From the IMG/VR virus record IMGVR_UViG_3300026189_000003, positions 43,641 to 107,640 of that record: a DNA stretch of 64,000 nucleotides. One strand, written 5' to 3'. Shown one piece after another: positions 59,334 through 64,000 of the stretch (positions are counted from its first letter, which is position 1; the number at the start of each line of letters is the position of its first letter). Made by a program: the position numbers and the translations under genes. The notes under the pieces were generated by a model. That model did not search any database and was not told the origin of the DNA. It was given only the letters and a program-made list of their open reading frames with translations. This DNA comes from a virus.

Positions 59334-60785
59334 ATGCAAAAAGCAATATTACAAATAAGAGATGAAGTAAACGTAAAGTTTGAAGGCTTAGACGTCAGCA
59401 CACGAAGAAAAATATCTGACAAACTAAAGTATTTCGTACCTTATGCTTATCATCTACCAGCATATAAACTTGGAAGGTGGGATGGATTCATTAGATTTTG
59501 TGACATTGGCGGAAGAACATATTTAAATTTAATTGATAAAATACTACCTTTGATTGAACAGCAAGGTTATGAAATAGATATTCAAGATAATCGTAAAGAA
59601 TACAATTTTGTATTTGATAAAATTGATAAAAATTATCTCAGCGATATTGTATGGCCTAAAAGTCATACACATGAAGGACAAAAAATAGAATTAAGAGATT
59701 ACCAAGTACAAGTCATAAATGATTTTATAAACAATCCACAGTGTTTGCAAGAGATTGCCACTGGAGCAGGTAAAACAATCATTACTGCCAGTTTAAGTAA
59801 GCTGTGCGAACAATATGGAAGAACAATTATTGTTGTGCCAAACAAATCATTAGTAACACAAACGGAACAAGATTACATCAATGTTGGTTTAGATGTTGGT
59901 GTATATTATGGTGAAAGAAAAGAATTAGGTCGTCAGCATACTATTTGCACTTGGCAAAGTTTAAACAACTTAAACAAAAAAACTAAAAAAGATGAAGCTG
60001 ACTTTCCTATAGAAGAGTTTTTAAAAGATGTAGTATGTGTTATGGTAGACGAAGTACACATGGCTAAAGCAGATGTACTAAAACAGTTATTAACTGGACC
60101 ATTTGCAGGTGTGCCAATTAGATGGGGACTGACTGGAACAATACCAAAAGAAGAATATGAACAAGCAAGTCTTATAGCAAGTTTAGGTGCAGTTATAAGC
60201 AAATTAAGTGCCAGTGAACTGCAAGAAAAAGGTGTGTTAGCAAATTGTCATGTTAATGTTATACAAACACAAGATGTACAAACATTTAGAGGCTATCAAG
60301 AAGAGTTAGCCTATTTGACTACTAACATAGATAGATTAAAATTTTTAAGTAATCTTGTAGAAGAAATTAGAAGTGGAGGTAACACGTTAATATTAGTTGA
60401 TAGAATTAAGTCAGGCGAGCTATTAGCAGATTTGATTCCAGGTTCAGTTTTTATTCAAGGAAAAACTAAAATGGAAGATAGACAAGAAGAGTATGACGAA
60501 GTAGCTACAGAACAGTTTAAAGTTTTAATTGCAACATACGGAGTTGCGGCAGTAGGTATTAACCTACCCAGAATATTTAATTTAGTTCTAATGGAACCTG
60601 GCAAGTCTTTTGTAAGAGTAATACAAAGTATTGGTAGAGGAATTAGAAAAGCGAAAGACAAAGATCATGTGCAAATATGGGATATAACCTCGGCTTGTAA
60701 GTTTTCAAAAAGACATCTTACAACAAGAAAAAAGTTTTACAAAGAGGCAAATTACCCGTATACTATTAACAAGGTAAATTTATAA
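59334..60785 (+). CDS. uvsW: SF2 DNA helicase
   Basis: LRDYQ, ATGAGKT, DEVH, GLTGT, QSIGRGIR. Confidence 0.93.
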   Translation: MQKAILQIRDEVNVKFEGLDVSTRRKISDKLKYFVPYAYHLPAYKLGRWDGFIRFCDIGGRTYLNLIDKILPLIEQQGYEIDIQDNRKEYNFVFDKIDKNYLSDIVWPKSHTHEGQKIELRDYQVQVINDFINNPQCLQEIATGAGKTIITASLSKLCEQYGRTIIVVPNKSLVTQTEQDYINVGLDVGVYYGERKELGRQHTICTWQSLNNLNKKTKKDEADFPIEEFLKDVVCVMVDEVHMAKADVLKQLLTGPFAGVPIRWGLTGTIPKEEYEQASLIASLGAVISKLSASELQEKGVLANCHVNVIQTQDVQTFRGYQEELAYLTTNIDRLKFLSNLVEEIRSGGNTLILVDRIKSGELLADLIPGSVFIQGKTKMEDRQEEYDEVATEQFKVLIATYGVAAVGINLPRIFNLVLMEPGKSFVRVIQSIGRGIRKAKDKDHVQIWDITSACKFSKRHLTTRKKFYKEANYPYTINKVNL

Positions 60786-60788
60786 ATT

Positions 60789-61289
60789 ATGAAAATATTA
60801 ACAACAGACAACAACTATTATAATCTAAATAGAGTACCAGAGCAAGGTGATGACATTCAGTATTGTGTGTTAGATACAACTAATACTAAAAACATTGACT
60901 TCTTTTTTATTCCATTAATTTTTATGGAGACGTTTAATGCTCCGAGTATGATTATGGAAGTAGGCCCATATTCTGTACAGATGCCGATTGATTATAGCAT
61001 TTTGGTCATTGAAAGAGAATTAGGACAATGCGAAATGGTACCATTAACAAGTCTAAATGATAGAGGTTTTGAAGCATTGGTTATCAATCCTTTGACATCA
61101 AAGATAGTTGATAGTCACGAAATTAAAATAGTAAATGTATTCCAAGATGTTAGATGGTATATGCCAAAGTTAAAACATGGACATTTACTAGCAGTACCCG
61201 TTGAAGAAAAGAAACAACCACAATGCTTGTTCTTTGCAAAAGATATAAACCAAATACCAGATGTACTTGAAACAGGAAACATTCTATGA
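60789..61289 (+). CDS. Hypothetical beta-rich protein
   Basis: In operon with uvsW. Confidence 0.7.
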   Translation: MKILTTDNNYYNLNRVPEQGDDIQYCVLDTTNTKNIDFFFIPLIFMETFNAPSMIMEVGPYSVQMPIDYSILVIERELGQCEMVPLTSLNDRGFEALVINPLTSKIVDSHEIKIVNVFQDVRWYMPKLKHGHLLAVPVEEKKQPQCLFFAKDINQIPDVLETGNIL

Positions 61290-61762
61290 CGAAACCTACT
61301 ATAAATTTAAATCAAATGTTAACAGCAATAGATGTTGGTAACAATGATTTTTATAGTAATTTAGATAGTGAACTTAAAAAAGCATTTTCACCTTATGTGA
61401 GTATGAGATTTACTTCGAACGTGAAGTCAAATAAAACATCACAAGAAAATCATATTGAAAATGTTAATGAGTTTTGCAACAAACATTTTAGCACAGTACA
61501 AAAGCATGGTGATGATAGTTTGCTATTTTGGAAACTGTTATGCTTGTCTGGGTCAGGCAAAAAACAATTTCACCCATGGTTAAAAGCACCAAAAGGAAAA
61601 AGAAAAAGAACTAAGATACTTGACTTCTTACATGAATGTTATCCAAACTATAAAAATGATGAAATAGAATTATTAAACTCAATACTAGATAAAAAAGAAA
61701 TAAAGCAGTTAGCAAAAGATTATGGAATGGATGATAAAGACATTAAGACGTTAATAAAATGA
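61286..61762 (+). CDS. Clamp-loader small subunit-like protein (gp62-like)
   Basis: FSPYVSMRF...VNE...H...L.W.LL...K.FHPWLK...YP. Confidence 0.5.
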   Translation: MTKPTINLNQMLTAIDVGNNDFYSNLDSELKKAFSPYVSMRFTSNVKSNKTSQENHIENVNEFCNKHFSTVQKHGDDSLLFWKLLCLSGSGKKQFHPWLKAPKGKRKRTKILDFLHECYPNYKNDEIELLNSILDKKEIKQLAKDYGMDDKDIKTLIK

Positions 61763-62436
61763 GCTATGAATGTAAATTTTGTAAAAAAACATTTGGCAGT
61801 GAAAGAACACTGTTAAGCCATCTTTGTGAACCAAAAAGAAGATGGAATAATAGAAATGAAAAAAATGTACAATTGGCTTTTAGATGTTTTCAACACTTTT
61901 GGAGAGTTACAGCAACTAATATGAAAAGTGAAAAAACATATGATGACTTTATGACTAGCAAATACTATCTTGCTTTCGTTAAATTTGCAAATTACATAAT
62001 GGGAGTTTATATTGCCAATGTTGAAAGTTATATTGAATGGCTTTTAAAACAAAGAACACGTATTGATAAATGGAGCAGTGATGAAGTTTATGAAGCATAT
62101 ATCAAAGAGTTTAACTTTAGAGAAAGTGTTGATAGAGCAGTTGAAAGAACAGTATTAGAACTTCAGAAATGGAGTCAAGATACAAACAAACCATGGAACA
62201 GTTTCTTTAGTCAAGTATCACAACCACGTGCTATACAAATGATTAGAGCAGGTAAAATATCTCCATGGATATTATATAACAGTCAAAGCGGATTACAGTG
62301 GCTTGAATCTTTGAACGAAGAACAGATGATCATGATCAATGATTATATTAATCCAAATGATTGGGGACAACGTTTTAGCAATAGCCCAGAAGACGTAAGG
62401 TTTGTGTTAGACTTAACAAAGAAAGCAGAACTGTAA
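61759..62436 (+). CDS. Hypothetical protein with an N-terminal zinc finger
   Basis: YECKFCKKTF...LLSHLC. Confidence 0.7.
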   Translation: MSYECKFCKKTFGSERTLLSHLCEPKRRWNNRNEKNVQLAFRCFQHFWRVTATNMKSEKTYDDFMTSKYYLAFVKFANYIMGVYIANVESYIEWLLKQRTRIDKWSSDEVYEAYIKEFNFRESVDRAVERTVLELQKWSQDTNKPWNSFFSQVSQPRAIQMIRAGKISPWILYNSQSGLQWLESLNEEQMIMINDYINPNDWGQRFSNSPEDVRFVLDLTKKAEL

Positions 62437-62738
62437 TGAATGAAGATTTAGTTAAAACAATTGCAAAAGCAATGACAATACAACAAAGCACAAACAAATC
62501 GCTTAAAAAACAATGGAGAGATTTAGATATGCAATTGCAGTTGACTGAAAAAGAATTATTTAAACACAATTTAGATACTATAAGTGGTTTAATATCTGAA
62601 GTTGAAAATGTTAAAGCAAGAATACATCAATTGGAAACATATGGTGGAGCCGCGAAAAACAGAATGGAACAATATATTTCTGAAAATGAAGAAGCAATAA
62701 AAGAAATTAAAAAGAGATTAGATGAACAATATAGCTAA
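62436..62738 (+). CDS. Hypothetical coiled-coil protein
   Basis: Coupled (TAATG) 100-aa ORF. Confidence 0.6.
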   Translation: MNEDLVKTIAKAMTIQQSTNKSLKKQWRDLDMQLQLTEKELFKHNLDTISGLISEVENVKARIHQLETYGGAAKNRMEQYISENEEAIKEIKKRLDEQYS

Positions 62739-63306
62739 AACAGATATTGATATTGATACTAAGAATAGAGACGATATTCTTAATCTCATAAAACATATAC
62801 CAGCAAGTATCATTAACGAAAAAGAATCTAAAAAACACAACACTGGAGTATATGTTACAGATGTGCCAGTTAATCCTTTTATAGAAGCATCTAATATTGA
62901 TTATAAAGAAGCAGAAGATAGGGGATATTTTAAATTAGATATATTGAATGTTGGTGTGTATGAAAGTGTAAAAGATGAAACACATCTTGTAGAACTAGTA
63001 ACTAAAGAACCAGATTGGAGTTTGTTAGAACACAAAGAGATAGTAGAACAACTATTTCATATACATAATCATTTTGATATTGTAAACACACTAAAGCCAA
63101 AATCAGTAGAACAACTTGCGGCCGTGTTGGCAATTATAAGACCAGCAAAGCGACATCTAGCCAAACAGAATTGGAATGAAATAGATGACAATGTTTGGAA
63201 AAAACCCACAGACGGCACATACTTCTTTAAGAAAAGTCATGCTGTAGGATATGCAATGGCTATTGTTTTACAACTGAATTTGCTTACGGAACAAGTTGGA
63301 AAATAA
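62722..63306 (+). CDS. Miniature DNA polymerase III alpha (DnaE)-like catalytic fragment
   Basis: DIDID, KHNTGVY, GYFKLDIL, LAAVLAIIRP, YFFKKSHAVGYA. Confidence 0.82.
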   Translation: MNNIAKTDIDIDTKNRDDILNLIKHIPASIINEKESKKHNTGVYVTDVPVNPFIEASNIDYKEAEDRGYFKLDILNVGVYESVKDETHLVELVTKEPDWSLLEHKEIVEQLFHIHNHFDIVNTLKPKSVEQLAAVLAIIRPAKRHLAKQNWNEIDDNVWKKPTDGTYFFKKSHAVGYAMAIVLQLNLLTEQVGK

Positions 63307-63311
63307 AAAGG

Positions 63312-63339
63312 TTGACTTATTAGTATAATATTATATACT
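63312..63339 (+). promoter_or_regulatory. Sigma70-type promoter
   Basis: AAAGG-TTGACT-16-TATACT. Confidence 0.55.
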
Positions 63340-63402
63340 GTAAGAATATAAACAAGTAATCCCAAAGCACACAAATCAGTCTTAGGGTAGAAAAGGTAAA
63401 CA

Positions 63403-64000
63403 ATGACTACAAAAGAAAACAACGCCGTACGAAAGCTCGTACAATCCCAGTATCGAACAACTGGATACAAACTAAAAATTTCAGATCAGAAATTAAATAT
63501 TAAACAACAGATTAGTGACGTACCATACAAAGATCTATGGCCTAGGGAAGTAGGATTCAATATGTTCCAAGCCATGTTGTCTTACTTAAAACAAACAAGC
63601 AATCTTAAACTAGATAGACCAGTTGAAATGTCGGTTAAAGGCATAGTCTTAAAAGAATTTTTTGAAACAATTAATACAACTGCTCCTAAAATGTGTTTCT
63701 ATAATTTAGGAGGAATGAGTGCAACTGATCTAGAGGAATCATCGCATATTCAAAGTGATGTAAAAGGTAACGGTAAAGATCATGGAGAAGATGGTTGTTT
63801 TGGAAAAGGTGAAAAAATAAATTTATTAAATTTCACTGATGTACTTAAAATGTCGTGCAAGGACGGGTTGGCTCATTATTACATAATGACTAATAACAAT
63901 GGAGAAGCAGAAGTTCCAAATGGTATACAACCAGTCGATGTGGAATGGCTTGAAAAGTTCAAAGATGAGTTAGAAGTTGATCTTGAACATGATTGGACAC
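63403..64000 (+). CDS. GHKL (MORC/Hsp90-like) ATPase-domain protein, truncated by the window end
   Basis: Open frame from ATG 63403: REVGFNMFQA, FYNLGGMS, GCFGKGEK, HDWT resemble degenerate Bergerat motifs. Confidence 0.55.
   Translation, partial: MTTKENNAVRKLVQSQYRTTGYKLKISDQKLNIKQQISDVPYKDLWPREVGFNMFQAMLSYLKQTSNLKLDRPVEMSVKGIVLKEFFETINTTAPKMCFYNLGGMSATDLEESSHIQSDVKGNGKDHGEDGCFGKGEKINLLNFTDVLKMSCKDGLAHYYIMTNNNGEAEVPNGIQPVDVEWLEKFKDELEVDLEHDWT

Noticed and set aside
59161-59346. Minus-strand 61-aa track ORF
   Set aside because: The plus-strand 52-aa ORF fits the operon direction and has a promoter
53109-60785. Inteins or introns in terminase, UvsX or UvsW
   Set aside because: Lengths and motif spacing are normal, with no insertions
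1122-63470. Many short track ORFs antisense or out of frame to long genes (e.g. 11574-11798, 18538-18930, 24995-25366, 26413-26850, 30662-31111, 46774-47118, 49899-50396)
   Set aside because: Shadow ORFs of well-supported genes, with no SD, promoter or recognisable motif
1-64000. Alternative genetic code (stop-codon reassignment)
   Set aside because: Core genes are full length in the standard code, and TAG/TGA serve as normal stops (e.g. clpP TAG, NUDIX TGA)

Overview
AT-rich segment of a large T4-like (myovirus) dsDNA phage genome containing almost the whole virion-morphogenesis block plus replication/recombination genes. Structural genes: giant baseplate protein (truncated at the window start), gp6, gp25, gp5-like, gp53-like, gp26/gp51-like, tape measure, portal gp20, protease gp21, scaffold gp22, capsid gp23, neck gp13/14/15, sheath gp18, tube gp19, gp4 and terminase gp16/17. 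Replication/expression genes: late sigma gp55, gp47/gp46, Holliday junction resolvase, dNMP kinase, SSB gp32, UvsX/Y/W and a miniature DnaE. Accessory genes: ClpP, 2OG-Fe(II) hydroxylase, ferritin-like, kinase-like, NUDIX, two radical SAM enzymes, Usg and a GHKL ATPase. Usg points weakly to an alphaproteobacterial host. The main signals not explained by the ORF track are: (1) a promoter-driven, ~350-nt, GC-enriched, pseudoknotted non-coding region at 23.9-24.2 kb whose 5' AGGCA repeats recur with 10-nt spacing in the gp32 leader; (2) two apparent programmed -1 frameshifts, one fusing gp26-like to an unannotated gp51-like frame and one adding a cargo domain behind a T4-type capsid-targeting sequence; (3) a recurring TAAATA-N5-ATG architecture implying leaderless late mRNAs. 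All assignments come from motif recognition and synteny by eye; no database search or folding program was run.
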